From IMG/VR virus record IMGVR_UViG_3300009678_000062, positions 1 through 63,568 of that record: a DNA stretch of 63,568 bases. One strand, 5' to 3'. The translations under genes and the position numbers were made by a program. How positions within the stretch are numbered: the first letter of the stretch is position 1; the number at the start of each line of letters is the position of its first letter. This document shows, piece after piece, positions 1 to 8,178 of this stretch. A model generated the notes under the pieces. It saw only the letters and a program-made list of their open reading frames with translations, searched no databases and was not told the origin of the DNA. The stretch comes from a virus (lineage: Duplodnaviria > Caudoviricetes).

Positions 1-247
1 CGAAGCGATCGATCGCCGACACTACGTCGGTATCGTACTCGTTGCCGTCAGCATCGAAGAGCTTGATCTCGTCGGTGGACGAGAAGAAATCCCCCGCCGT
101 GATCTTGATCTCGGGTGGAGAAAGGTCCTGCATCAGGCTGGCCTGAGCGAGGATCTGCTTGGCAAGAATGCGCACCAGCTTGACCATCACCTGATCCTTC
201 TCGGCAGTGAGGTGGGCGGTGCGGATCTCAATCTTGATCGTTAGCAT
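1..247 (-). CDS. hypothetical protein, 5' part of a 96-aa ORF that continues across the circular junction to 63525
   Basis: ATG at 247 preceded by AAGGAG. The frame is open to position 1 and continues in frame from 63568 (...IDRF-G-LVINAPKREEEAE*). Confidence 0.8.
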   Translation of the reverse strand, partial: MLTIKIEIRTAHLTAEKDQVMVKLVRILAKQILAQASLMQDLSPPEIKITAGDFFSSTDEIKLFDADGNEYDTDVVSAIDRF

Positions 248-253
248 CTATGG

Positions 254-751
254 TTACTCCTTGGGGGCGAAGCGCAGTATCAATCGGTACAACGTGTCGG
301 TTTTACACTGCTCGATCCAGTGCATGAACATCTTCTCGCCATCGTCGCGCCTAAAAGTGAACGTCCACGAGCGGGCTTTGGTAGTCACGGATATCGCATC
401 CTTACCCGCCACCAACAACAACGATCCAACTAGCTGGCCGGTATTTTTATTACGCGGCACGATCATGTCGTACCGGTAGCTGTGCTTGTAGATGACGATG
501 TGCGTGTAGCCGTGCTGCTTGCACAGCTTGGCGAAGTGATCCCGCAAACCAAACTGGTAGCGATTGATGAATATGTTCTCATCGTTGGCGTCGATGATCA
601 CCATTGGATACTCATCGAACTTCTCTTGGTACTGGTTGAATATTTCCACATCCCTATCGATGGTATACAGATCACTATTATAACGGCTCATCGCATCATC
701 ACGTCTAGCCTGAAATTTACGGCGTATGTCGTTGCTCACTTGATCCTCCAT
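254..751 (-). CDS. hypothetical protein (165 aa)
   Basis: Tiles between the palindrome/hairpin at 764-800 and the next leftward gene. No recognisable motif. Confidence 0.7.
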   Translation of the reverse strand: MEDQVSNDIRRKFQARRDDAMSRYNSDLYTIDRDVEIFNQYQEKFDEYPMVIIDANDENIFINRYQFGLRDHFAKLCKQHGYTHIVIYKHSYRYDMIVPRNKNTGQLVGSLLLVAGKDAISVTTKARSWTFTFRRDDGEKMFMHWIEQCKTDTLYRLILRFAPKE

Positions 752-778
752 TTTATGAGTGGGTGACTATGGATAGTG

Positions 779-800
779 AGGGGGCGGCAAACCGCCCCCT
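779..800 (-). terminator. GC-rich hairpin after the AAA ATPase, followed by a palindrome instead of a U-tract
   Basis: AGGGGGCGG-CAAA-CCGCCCCCT, a perfect 9-bp stem abutting palindrome 764-779. Confidence 0.55.
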
Positions 801-807
801 TCGTTCC

Positions 808-1947
808 TCAGCGGAACTGCTGCATCAGCGCCATCAGGGAGCTGTTCTTCTTAGCCCACGCGGTGAACGCCGGGCTGAGCGCCAGCATCGGCATCCGCCC
901 GCATGCTGCCTTGGCGAACGTCACGGCAAACTCCTTGCCAAGCCGGTCGACATAGATCAGCACCTGCTGTGCGTTCTTCTCACTGACGCGATGGGCCAGC
1001 GAGTAGCAAACCAGGTAGCGGGCATCCAAGCTCTCGGGCACCGGGCAGGTCGTCGGGTTGGCAACGATCTCCTCGATGGTCGGCACCTCGTTTTCCAGAC
1101 GAATGAAGTTCTGCACCGCCATCGCCGTCTCGTGGCCGATCATTCCCGCCATCGCCTCGAGCGTCGTACCGTCGGTCGGGATGCGCCCACCATGCTGCTT
1201 CATCCACTGCACGAGGAACTTGGACGTCATCTCATGGGTACGCGGCGTCATCCACGGCCCCTGCTTCTCCGGCACGCCGGGCTGGAGCAGGATCTCGGGA
1301 TGCTGATGGGCGAACGCCACCAGCGGCGGCAGCACGCCACGCTCGACCAGTGCGGCTTCGGTGCCGACGATGTCGTCGGTCAGCTTGAGCCACGCCACCC
1401 GGTTGATGATGAAGTCGTACTCCTTGGTGACGCCCGAACGATGGGCGGAACCGTTGGTAAGGGCGATGATGCCCCAGCCATCCCCGGTGCTGAACCCGGG
1501 CAGGTGGAACGGACCTAGTTCGCCCTTGAGCAGGAGCTGGGCGGCAGCGCGCTTGCTGTCACTCTCACCCTGTCCCCACTCCTCGATCACCAGAAGGCCC
1601 CTACGATAGGCGTAGACGGGCTTCCCTTCGTCGCTGAGCATCCACGGCGGCAGCGAGGGCTCGGTCACGGCAGTCGGCTCCACGCCCGCCGTACCGGGCT
1701 TGACGAGCTTGCCCTCGTCGTTCCACCAGCGCTCGCCCTTGTACTGGTAGCCCAGCATCTCGGTCGGGCTCTGGGTCGCCATGAACAGCGTCTGATAACC
1801 CCACGTGTAGCCGTCACGATGGGTCAGATAGCGGATCATCTGCCGCATGAACTCGGACTTGCCACGTCCGGGCTCGCTCTCGATGACGACGGCAATACCG
1901 GCGTCCATGAAGGCGACGAGAACGTCGCGTAGATCTGAAAGTCGCAT
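808..1947 (-). CDS. MoxR-like AAA+ ATPase
   Basis: Walker A SEPGRGKS, Walker B-like LLVIEE, sensor-1 IIALTN, arginine-finger region FIINR and a TPR motif. AGGAG RBS. VWA partner at 62139-63491. Confidence 0.85.
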   Translation of the reverse strand: MRLSDLRDVLVAFMDAGIAVVIESEPGRGKSEFMRQMIRYLTHRDGYTWGYQTLFMATQSPTEMLGYQYKGERWWNDEGKLVKPGTAGVEPTAVTEPSLPPWMLSDEGKPVYAYRRGLLVIEEWGQGESDSKRAAAQLLLKGELGPFHLPGFSTGDGWGIIALTNGSAHRSGVTKEYDFIINRVAWLKLTDDIVGTEAALVERGVLPPLVAFAHQHPEILLQPGVPEKQGPWMTPRTHEMTSKFLVQWMKQHGGRIPTDGTTLEAMAGMIGHETAMAVQNFIRLENEVPTIEEIVANPTTCPVPESLDARYLVCYSLAHRVSEKNAQQVLIYVDRLGKEFAVTFAKAACGRMPMLALSPAFTAWAKKNSSLMALMQQFR

Positions 1948-1980
1948 GTGTGTTCTCCTAGTGTGGGTTACTATTGGAAG

Positions 1981-2271
1981 TTAGGTGGGTGGCTCGACCA
2001 GATACAGCTGCGCTACGAGCAGCTGGTATCCCTCTTCGGTCATCAGTTCATTGAGCGTGATCCGCCGCCTGAACCGCAGTTCGTTGGTGAGTGGGTGCTT
2101 GGCAACGATGAAGTATGCTTCCTCCTTGGGTTGGGGATATTGCGTAGTGGATGGGTAGTCGACGTAGACACTGAAGTACAAGCGCTTGAAGTCGGAGTTG
2201 AGCAGGTCGGCTAGGTTTTTCGCTACCTGCCAACCGGGGTGACGGGCATCCTTTACGGTGAAACGAGCCAT
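1981..2271 (-). CDS. hypothetical protein, paralogue of the next gene
   Basis: C-terminus YQLLVAQLYLV. The TAA stop is the first triplet of palindrome 1968-1983. Confidence 0.7.
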   Translation of the reverse strand: MARFTVKDARHPGWQVAKNLADLLNSDFKRLYFSVYVDYPSTTQYPQPKEEAYFIVAKHPLTNELRFRRRITLNELMTEEGYQLLVAQLYLVEPPT

Positions 2272-2274
2272 AGC

Positions 2275-2541
2275 TCACCTCCGGGGGGTGACCAACCACA
2301 GCTGAGCGAGTAGCAGGTCGAACCTGTCCTGACGCCAGAGCTGGTCGAGACGGATATGCTGGTGGTAGCGCAGCTTGGCAGGATGGTTGGCGATAGTGGC
2401 TTTGATGCTCATGTAGTAGTAACCGTCGCCGCGAAGTTTAAAGCGACGGCAGACGAACTCCAGCTCCGGGAAACGCTCCCGGAGCCAGTACTCAAGGCGC
2501 TGCGGCTTACGCCAGCCATGGGGTAGGTGGTGACTTTCCAT
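2275..2541 (-). CDS. hypothetical protein, paralogue of the previous gene
   Basis: C-terminus FDLLLAQLWLV. Likely ATG lies inside palindrome 2531-2546 (TAA-CT-ATG). The ORF track extends it to 2586. Confidence 0.65.
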   Translation of the reverse strand: MESHHLPHGWRKPQRLEYWLRERFPELEFVCRRFKLRGDGYYYMSIKATIANHPAKLRYHQHIRLDQLWRQDRFDLLLAQLWLVTPRR

Positions 2542-2543
2542 AG

Positions 2544-2771
2544 TTAGCTGGGGAGATCCCCGATGTAGAGGAACTCCTTCCTGCACAGGAGCACCATGTG
2601 CTGCTGGAATGCGCTAAGTTTGTCGTAGATCTCCCGGTTGATCCGCAACAGGTTCTGGTCGATCTCGAGCACCGCCACGAGATCGTAGTCGGACCACGGC
2701 AGGTCGTAGCGGATGAGACGGGGCGGACCGTTATCCGGCACGAGGGCGAAGTCGCTTCCAATGTCACGCAT
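2544..2771 (-). CDS. hypothetical protein
   Basis: AAGGAG before ATG 2771 (the ORF track starts at 2810). Stop lies in a palindrome. Confidence 0.65.
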   Translation of the reverse strand: MRDIGSDFALVPDNGPPRLIRYDLPWSDYDLVAVLEIDQNLLRINREIYDKLSAFQQHMVLLCRKEFLYIGDLPS

Positions 2772-2806
2772 GTTGATCACTCCTTTGTAAGTGAAGGATC
2801 GCAAGA

Positions 2807-3001
2807 TCATTCGCTCGTGTTGGACGAGCGATTGCGATCCTCAAGGTGGTTAAAGTCAGCGTAGTGCATCAGCGCAGTAAATAGCTCGGTAGCGCTGGCT
2901 TCGCTCCGCGTGGATGCGATGATGGTATAGGGTTTATAAACTCCCAATCCCTGCTTCGCCACGTGGAACGTATTACCATGCTTGACGATGATGTACCTCA
3001 T
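2807..3001 (-). CDS. hypothetical protein (64 aa)
   Basis: ATGA coupling with the upstream gene; GAAGGAG RBS. Confidence 0.65.
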   Translation of the reverse strand: MRYIIVKHGNTFHVAKQGLGVYKPYTIIASTRSEASATELFTALMHYADFNHLEDRNRSSNTSE

Positions 3002-3237
3002 TCTCCTTCGTCCTCCCTTGCTGCAGCCAGCATACGCCGGCGCTCATTGTTGAGTGCTTTGGTGATCAGCCGCGCGCGAGCGCACGCGGTGTAGTCATCG
3101 GGGCCCGCTACGAGGGCGATGGGGGTGCTATGACCGGTGCCGACCATGTACAGCCATCTGGATCGGTCGTCGGTAACTTGAGCACCGCCATGTATGGCAT
3201 CGGGGTGCATTACCACCTCAAACCAGTAGTTACTCAT
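2998..3237 (-). CDS. hypothetical protein (79 aa)
   Basis: 4-bp overlaps with both neighbours; GGAG RBS. Confidence 0.65.
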   Translation of the reverse strand: MSNYWFEVVMHPDAIHGGAQVTDDRSRWLYMVGTGHSTPIALVAGPDDYTACARARLITKALNNERRRMLAAAREDEGE

Positions 3238-3629
3238 TGGTCATCTCCGAGGGGAATGAGGTTGGTGAGCGTCAGCTGGGCGAGCTCGATCGCGGCAATG
3301 CACTGGTCGATCATGGGGTTGTCCGCCTCCATCATCTGCATGCCGTAAAGGAACCCGAGCGGGGCATTGAGCCCTTGCATGGCGTTGGCGATACGAACCG
3401 CGTCTAGGTTGTGTTTGACAGCCGGCTTGTTGGCGGCAGCGTGAAGAGTGTCCAAGATGTCGGCCATGCTGTCGGGGCTTCCGGCAACGTTGCGACGCTT
3501 GCTACGTTTGATTGGCACGAAGCGCCACTTGCCGGGCACGTTCACACCACGATGGATGAACGGACGCACCCATTCGGCACGCTTGCCCTCGGGTGCTGCA
3601 GGGGGATTGTGTTGATCATATTTGGTCAT
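3234..3629 (-). CDS. hypothetical protein (131 aa)
   Basis: GAGGA RBS immediately after palindrome 3642-3657. Confidence 0.7.
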   Translation of the reverse strand: MTKYDQHNPPAAPEGKRAEWVRPFIHRGVNVPGKWRFVPIKRSKRRNVAGSPDSMADILDTLHAAANKPAVKHNLDAVRIANAMQGLNAPLGFLYGMQMMEADNPMIDQCIAAIELAQLTLTNLIPLGDDQ

Positions 3630-3641
3630 GTGGATGGTTCC

Positions 3642-3830
3642 TCACTTTCGATAGTTAGGGTCGTCGTAGTAGTCAGGATGCAGGTTGGGTAGCGAGCGCC
3701 ACAGTGCATGGCACTCGATGATCGCCCTCTTCCAGCGGGCATCGTTGGGCTTGATGGTCGGATCGTTGAGAACGGCGTTCCGAATGCGCGTGATCTCAGC
3801 GATGATTTCTTGTGGAGTGCGTGAGGGCAT
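3642..3830 (-). CDS. hypothetical protein (62 aa)
   Basis: GAGGAG RBS; ends within a palindrome. Confidence 0.6.
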   Translation of the reverse strand: MPSRTPQEIIAEITRIRNAVLNDPTIKPNDARWKRAIIECHALWRSLPNLHPDYYDDPNYRK

Positions 3831-4356
3831 TACGCATCTCCTCGTCGGTTTTGAGCTGCTCGCACCACCACACGAACATCTCGGGTTCTAGGCTCCAGCA
3901 CCAGCTGACGGTGTTGTGGAAGTGCTTGCTCTGATCCAGCAGCAGGAAGCTGGAGTAGAGCGGCAGCAGGTACTTGCGGCGGGGCATTTCGAGCAGCACC
4001 CTGGTTTGGTAGATGTTGGTGCTGTGGACGTAACGCCCCCCATTACGCACGTGGATGAACGGGTAGTGGAGATCGCGCGCGAGATTGCGGAAGTACTGTT
4101 GCCAGTCCCAGCGACTGCGACCCCAGCCGCCGCTGTAGGGGCGGATCGGCATCCAGTGGTGCTCACGCAGATCAGCCCAGTGATGGTGGATGAAGTGGTT
4201 GGTGCGTCGCTCCAGCACATCCATGTCGATCGCCAGCCGCTTGCGCGTCTCCTCGAGCTGGCGGTGCTGGCTGTCGAGCTGGGAAGCGTGATAGCTGGCG
4301 AGCTCGGTAGCGATGTGGGTGAAGGTGGTGAAAGTGGGTGGGGGCGTTGAGGTCAT
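3796..4356 (-). CDS. hypothetical protein (186 aa, His/Trp-rich)
   Basis: GGAGGAG RBS; ATGA overlap with the upstream gene. Confidence 0.65.
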   Translation of the reverse strand: MTSTPPPTFTTFTHIATELASYHASQLDSQHRQLEETRKRLAIDMDVLERRTNHFIHHHWADLREHHWMPIRPYSGGWGRSRWDWQQYFRNLARDLHYPFIHVRNGGRYVHSTNIYQTRVLLEMPRRKYLLPLYSSFLLLDQSKHFHNTVSWCWSLEPEMFVWWCEQLKTDEEMRNALTHSTRNHR

Positions 4357-4571
4357 AGTTCGATCTCCTCCACGGCAGTGATGAACTCCATGTCGATCGC
4401 CAGCAGCAGGTCATGCTTGCCGGGATGGACGACGTGCTGCAGGTAGACGATGTCGGGCGCTGGCGCGCCCGGGGTCGCAGATGCGGCGACACGTCCAGTG
4501 TGGACGTGCCCACCTAGTGTGTAGATGTTGTAGTTGCGCTCGGGTTCGAGCGTGATGTACTTGCTTTTCAT
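4353..4571 (-). CDS. hypothetical protein
   Basis: GAAGGAG RBS before ATG 4571; coupled to both neighbours. Confidence 0.6.
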   Translation of the reverse strand: MKSKYITLEPERNYNIYTLGGHVHTGRVAASATPGAPAPDIVYLQHVVHPGKHDLLLAIDMEFITAVEEIEL

Positions 4572-4768
4572 CCGAATTTCTCCTTCTGGTTGGCACGGAT
4601 GCGGGCTGCGATATGCAATTGCCAAGTGTCGTAGTCACGTGCGACGTGACGGTAGCTGAGGTACTCAACCTCGGTCAGTTCAGTGCTGCCATGGCTGGCG
4701 AGCTCGGGGTCGTCGGTGAGATAGAAATCACCAGTCGCGTCGTTCTGTGCGATCCAGAGTTTCATCAC
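4568..4768 (-). CDS. hypothetical protein (66 aa)
   Basis: GGGAG RBS, GTG start, 4-bp overlaps. Confidence 0.6.
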   Translation of the reverse strand: MMKLWIAQNDATGDFYLTDDPELASHGSTELTEVEYLSYRHVARDYDTWQLHIAARIRANQKEKFG

Positions 4769-4983
4769 TTGCTCCCATATTTGGCTGCTGCACCACAGGT
4801 GGGGCAGGGCGAGTAGCCCGCAAGTTCACCGTCAGTGTCAGTGTCAGTGTCCTCCATATCCACGAGCCGACGCCAGACGCGGTGCATCGTGTCGCCGGGG
4901 GTGATGTAGCCTTCATCGTCAGCGATGCCGCACGCATGCACCAGCGCTGCGAGTTCTTCCTGTGTGAGTTCTAGCTTAATCAT
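4765..4983 (-). CDS. hypothetical protein with a C-terminal CPTCG knuckle
   Basis: Tiles in the operon; purine-rich RBS. Confidence 0.6.
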   Translation of the reverse strand: MIKLELTQEELAALVHACGIADDEGYITPGDTMHRVWRRLVDMEDTDTDTDGELAGYSPCPTCGAAAKYGSK

Positions 4984-5219
4984 TATCCTTCTCCTCTGGG
5001 TGTCATCGGTATCACCTTCATCTTGTTGCCCAGCTTGAGCAACCGGGTGGTGGGGTTGGGCGACAGATATCCCGACTCCTGCAGGAACCAGTCGCGGTGG
5101 AAGTTGGGGTTGGCACGAGCGCAGACGTCAGCGATCTGCAGGATGAGTGCGTTCCCCACGTTGTTGACGCGCAGGCAGTGCGCCAGCTCGTCGAAGATGC
5201 GCTTGTTGACGTTGGTCAT
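4983..5219 (-). CDS. hypothetical protein (NPNFHRDWFL motif)
   Basis: ATG 5219 takes its GGAG SD from palindrome 5223-5238. Confidence 0.65.
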   Translation of the reverse strand: MTNVNKRIFDELAHCLRVNNVGNALILQIADVCARANPNFHRDWFLQESGYLSPNPTTRLLKLGNKMKVIPMTPRGEG

Positions 5220-5248
5220 GGTTAACTCTCCATAGTTAGGGGTGGGTG

Positions 5249-5437
5249 TTACCAGCCAGCGGTCACCACGAGGAGCTTGCCCTCGGGCGTGAACTTCCAC
5301 TGGGTGAATGCCTGAGTGAAGCCGTCATGCTCGATGTCGATAGCGATGAACCCGTCAGGGTTACGATCGGGCTCCTCGCGAGTGTGGTCGATGCCAGCAC
5401 GATCGAGCATCGCTTCGATTATCTGCAGATCCGTCAT
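5249..5437 (-). CDS. hypothetical protein
   Basis: GAGGAG RBS directly after palindrome 5449-5464. Confidence 0.65.
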   Translation of the reverse strand: MTDLQIIEAMLDRAGIDHTREEPDRNPDGFIAIDIEHDGFTQAFTQWKFTPEGKLLVVTAGW

Positions 5438-5461
5438 TGTGGTTCTCCTCACTTTTGATAG

Positions 5462-5707
5462 TTAGTGGTACTGCGCCAGCACGCTGGCAGCGGGGTAAAA
5501 CGTATCGCCCATGCCGTGCAGCACGCTCACCCATTCTGCAGGTGGCGCGCCTATGGGGGATGCAGGGAGTTTGTACGAGCGTTTCTCTCCTTTGGTGAAG
5601 TTGGTTGCATCGTAGAAGTTGTGCCAGATCCGGCGCTTGCGGTGCCAGTAGCGGCGTTGGCCGGAGATGATGCAGACGATGGCGTAGGTGCTTGGGGTGG
5701 TGCTCAT
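5462..5707 (-). CDS. hypothetical protein
   Basis: GGAG RBS; flanked on both sides by palindromes. Confidence 0.6.
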   Translation of the reverse strand: MSTTPSTYAIVCIISGQRRYWHRKRRIWHNFYDATNFTKGEKRSYKLPASPIGAPPAEWVSVLHGMGDTFYPAASVLAQYH

Positions 5708-5739
5708 GTTATACACTCCATAGTTGTTACTATTGATAG

Positions 5740-6162
5740 TTAATCGTGGTACTTGTGTCGTGTCCGGCCCGGATGGAATGCGCGGCCAAGGCGACGATCC
5801 TCCTTTGCGAATTTACGGAACTCCTCGAGAACGATGGGCCCGGAATGATCTCGCTCCCATTCCTGCAAGCGGCGCTCAATCGTCGTACGGGACACACCGC
5901 ATAGATCAGCCAAGCGCTGCAGTTTGTAATCGTGTGGCTTGTGGGGATTGAGCGCCGTGAGCACCGGCACCGTCATGGTGGGGTACTTGGAAGCTAAATC
6001 TGCAAGGTACACACGGTATTTTCCTGGATGGTTAAAACGCCAGTTGGATAGCTTCTGGCGTAATGTTTGTGGAACATGATCAAGTCGACGGCACGCTTCA
6101 TCGCGTGAGATCGGCTCGCCTGTTTCATCATCCAATATTTCAATATTGGCACGTCGTGGCAT
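5740..6162 (-). CDS. putative helix-turn-helix DNA-binding protein
   Basis: KLQRLADLCGVSRTTIERRL fits the HTH pattern; AAGGAGG RBS. Confidence 0.65.
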   Translation of the reverse strand: MPRRANIEILDDETGEPISRDEACRRLDHVPQTLRQKLSNWRFNHPGKYRVYLADLASKYPTMTVPVLTALNPHKPHDYKLQRLADLCGVSRTTIERRLQEWERDHSGPIVLEEFRKFAKEDRRLGRAFHPGRTRHKYHD

Positions 6163-6319
6163 GGTACATCCTCCTTTGTAAGTTTACGGATATTAAAGGC
6201 TTATTCATTGGCAGCAGACCGCAGAAATCCGCCAATTTTGTGTTGTTAGCACGATTATCAACATCTCAAAGAAGGGCACCCCCCCTTGGCCGTTGGGGGC
6301 CTCGGGGCTGCAGGCGGTA

Positions 6320-6626
6320 GTCCCCTCTACGTAGCATCATATATATATATTCTAAGAAGTATAAATAATAATCTCTTGATGGTACAAATACAACCTTGAG
6401 ACGTGTAAGAAAGGGCGGAGATCAGCCACTCTGCCGTTTTCACCGCGCCGCGCTACTCTACAAGTTGTAAATTTGATAATCTAAATGTAGTAATTATTGT
6501 AATCTAAATGTAATATTACTACCAATAGTAAGCGTCACCGTTCCCCGTACGCGTGGGGAATGCGCACTGCTCTAAATTTTTTTTAAACATAGTTAACTAT
6601 TGATAGTTAAATGAAATAAACAAATG
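6320..6626. other. AT-rich non-coding region, candidate replication origin or control region
   Basis: (AT)n run near 6338-6350, TAATCTAAATGTA repeated at 6477 and 6500, palindromes at 6516 and 6594, poly-T at 6577-6584. Confidence 0.5.
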
Positions 6627-6655
6627 AAAAAATGGGGAGGGCTTGCGCCCTCCCC
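6627..6655 (-). terminator. intrinsic terminator
   Basis: Minus strand GGGGAGGGC-GCAA-GCCCTCCCC-ATTTTTT. Confidence 0.85.
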
Positions 6656-6661
6656 GTAACG

Positions 6662-6868
6662 TTAGCGAAATCTAAATCCGCTCGTGCCGTCAACACCGGT
6701 TTTGTAATATCCTCGATGATCGAGGTCGGGAAATCTTTCTGTAACTTCAGCGAACGCAAAGCGCCCTCTGAAATCATCGTGAAAGATTGCCCACGTCCAG
6801 TTTATTCCCGGATCAATACATCCACCGTATTGCCGGATGATTACATCGATCATATCGCGCTTTGACAT
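6662..6868 (-). CDS. hypothetical protein (68 aa)
   Basis: GGAG RBS after palindrome 6882; has its own terminator. Confidence 0.7.
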   Translation of the reverse strand: MSKRDMIDVIIRQYGGCIDPGINWTWAIFHDDFRGRFAFAEVTERFPDLDHRGYYKTGVDGTSGFRFR

Positions 6869-6934
6869 TGTAAGGCTCCGTTAACTATTGATAGTGAACG
6901 GCCCGGCACCGCGTGCGTGATGAATGCGCGGGCC

Positions 6935-6960
6935 AAAAAATAGGAGGGCCGAAGCCCTCC
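6935..6960 (-). terminator. intrinsic terminator
   Basis: Minus strand GGAGGGC-TTCG-GCCCTCC-TATTTTTT (cUUCGg loop). Confidence 0.85.
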
Positions 6961-6976
6961 CATAGTTACGGGAACC

Positions 6977-7837
6977 TTACCTCCCGCGCTTGCGTGCGGT
7001 CTGGACAACGGCGGCAGCGATCTTTACCGTTTCCTTTTCACGCGTGACCAGCGTTGCCATCATTTCATCGGCGGCAGCGCTCGCCTCGCGTGCTTCCTCC
7101 TCTTTCGCGGCGCGATCCTTGGCAATCTGTGCGTCATCCTCCATATTCTTGAGAACCTTGTATTGCGCATCAATCAACGCAACCAGCGTCTCACGTTTCG
7201 CGCGGCCCTCAAAGGTATCGTACGCCTCATTCTTTTCGTTGGTTAGCGTGTCTTTCAGGAGTTCAAAAGCCTTGAGCCATTTGCCCGATAGCTTCACTTC
7301 TGGCGTCTTAGCCTTCCGCACTATTGGTAGTAAGGCGTCGGCGCTGAGACGCGCCTTAGCCTTGATAGTCTCACGTCCCACGTCGGCATAGGTCTGAAAT
7401 ACCGACTTGGCATCCGTTCCGAGTTTCGCCCGTGCCTCGCGAGCATCGGCCAGCACAAATAGACCGTTGATACCGTCCGATGCGTTGAGCAATCCGAGAT
7501 TGCACGCGACACGCAATTCGCTCGCCTTAGTCGCGGCACTCTCTTCAGTTAGTTCCACGCCATGGACGGCGCGTTCCGTGACGTGACGGGACATTTGCGA
7601 CAGGAAACGCGACACGCTGTCATCCTTGGGGAGGGCCTTACCGTCCGGCCCTTTCTTGCCCTCGTTACGATTATCCATCGTGGCAACGCCATCCATGGCG
7701 AGCGTCACAATCTGGGTGAACCGTGCGGGCCAAACATCCTTGTGGATGATAAACGCCTCGCCCGCTTCATTCGCCGCCGCAATGAGCATTGCGTCAGTGT
7801 TATCCCCCACGAGGGCAGGCTTTGCTTTGGTAACCAT
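6977..7837 (-). CDS. hypothetical alpha-helical protein in a stand-alone transcription unit
   Basis: GGAGA RBS before ATG 7837 (the ORF track starts at 7873); own terminator; two palindromes upstream. Confidence 0.8.
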   Translation of the reverse strand: MVTKAKPALVGDNTDAMLIAAANEAGEAFIIHKDVWPARFTQIVTLAMDGVATMDNRNEGKKGPDGKALPKDDSVSRFLSQMSRHVTERAVHGVELTEESAATKASELRVACNLGLLNASDGINGLFVLADAREARAKLGTDAKSVFQTYADVGRETIKAKARLSADALLPIVRKAKTPEVKLSGKWLKAFELLKDTLTNEKNEAYDTFEGRAKRETLVALIDAQYKVLKNMEDDAQIAKDRAAKEEEAREASAAADEMMATLVTREKETVKIAAAVVQTARKRGR

Positions 7838-8084
7838 AGTTTCATTCTCCGAATTATGGGATGGATTATCCAATCCCTACACTATAGCTAATTTAGCAGG
7901 TTTTTGTCCGGTAACTATCGATAGTGAGCGGTTTCGGGGCATGGTTCACTATCGATAGTGAGGGGCCGGCGGGGTATCTGGCTCGGGGCACCCACCCCCG
8001 CCCGCCGCTTTTAGGTACGTCGCATATACCAAAACTCAAAAACCAAAAATTCAAAAATCATTACTTTCCAGCCCATTACACCCC

Positions 8085-8135
8085 TAAAAGCTGAAGAGTT
8101 AAAAGCTGAAAAGTTAAAAGCTGGAGAGTTAAAAA
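8085..8135. repeat. 15-bp tandem repeat, three copies plus a partial
   Basis: TAAAAGCTGAAGAGT / TAAAAGCTGAAAAGT / TAAAAGCTGGAGAGT / TAAAAA. Confidence 0.9.
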
Positions 8136-8143
8136 GTTCCAGC

Positions 8144-8172
8144 TTGTCAACCACCCCCCAGTGCAGTATTAA
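8144..8172 (+). promoter_or_regulatory. sigma70-like promoter for a leaderless transcript
   Basis: TTGTCA-17-TATTAA-6-ATG (8179); no SD. Confidence 0.55.
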
Positions 8173-8178
8173 CCCACC

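Noticed and set aside
6862-6890. TTGACATTGTAA identical to the -35 region at 62013, a possible + strand promoter
   Set aside because: It coincides with the start codon context of the 6662-6868 gene and its -10 is weak; probably chance.
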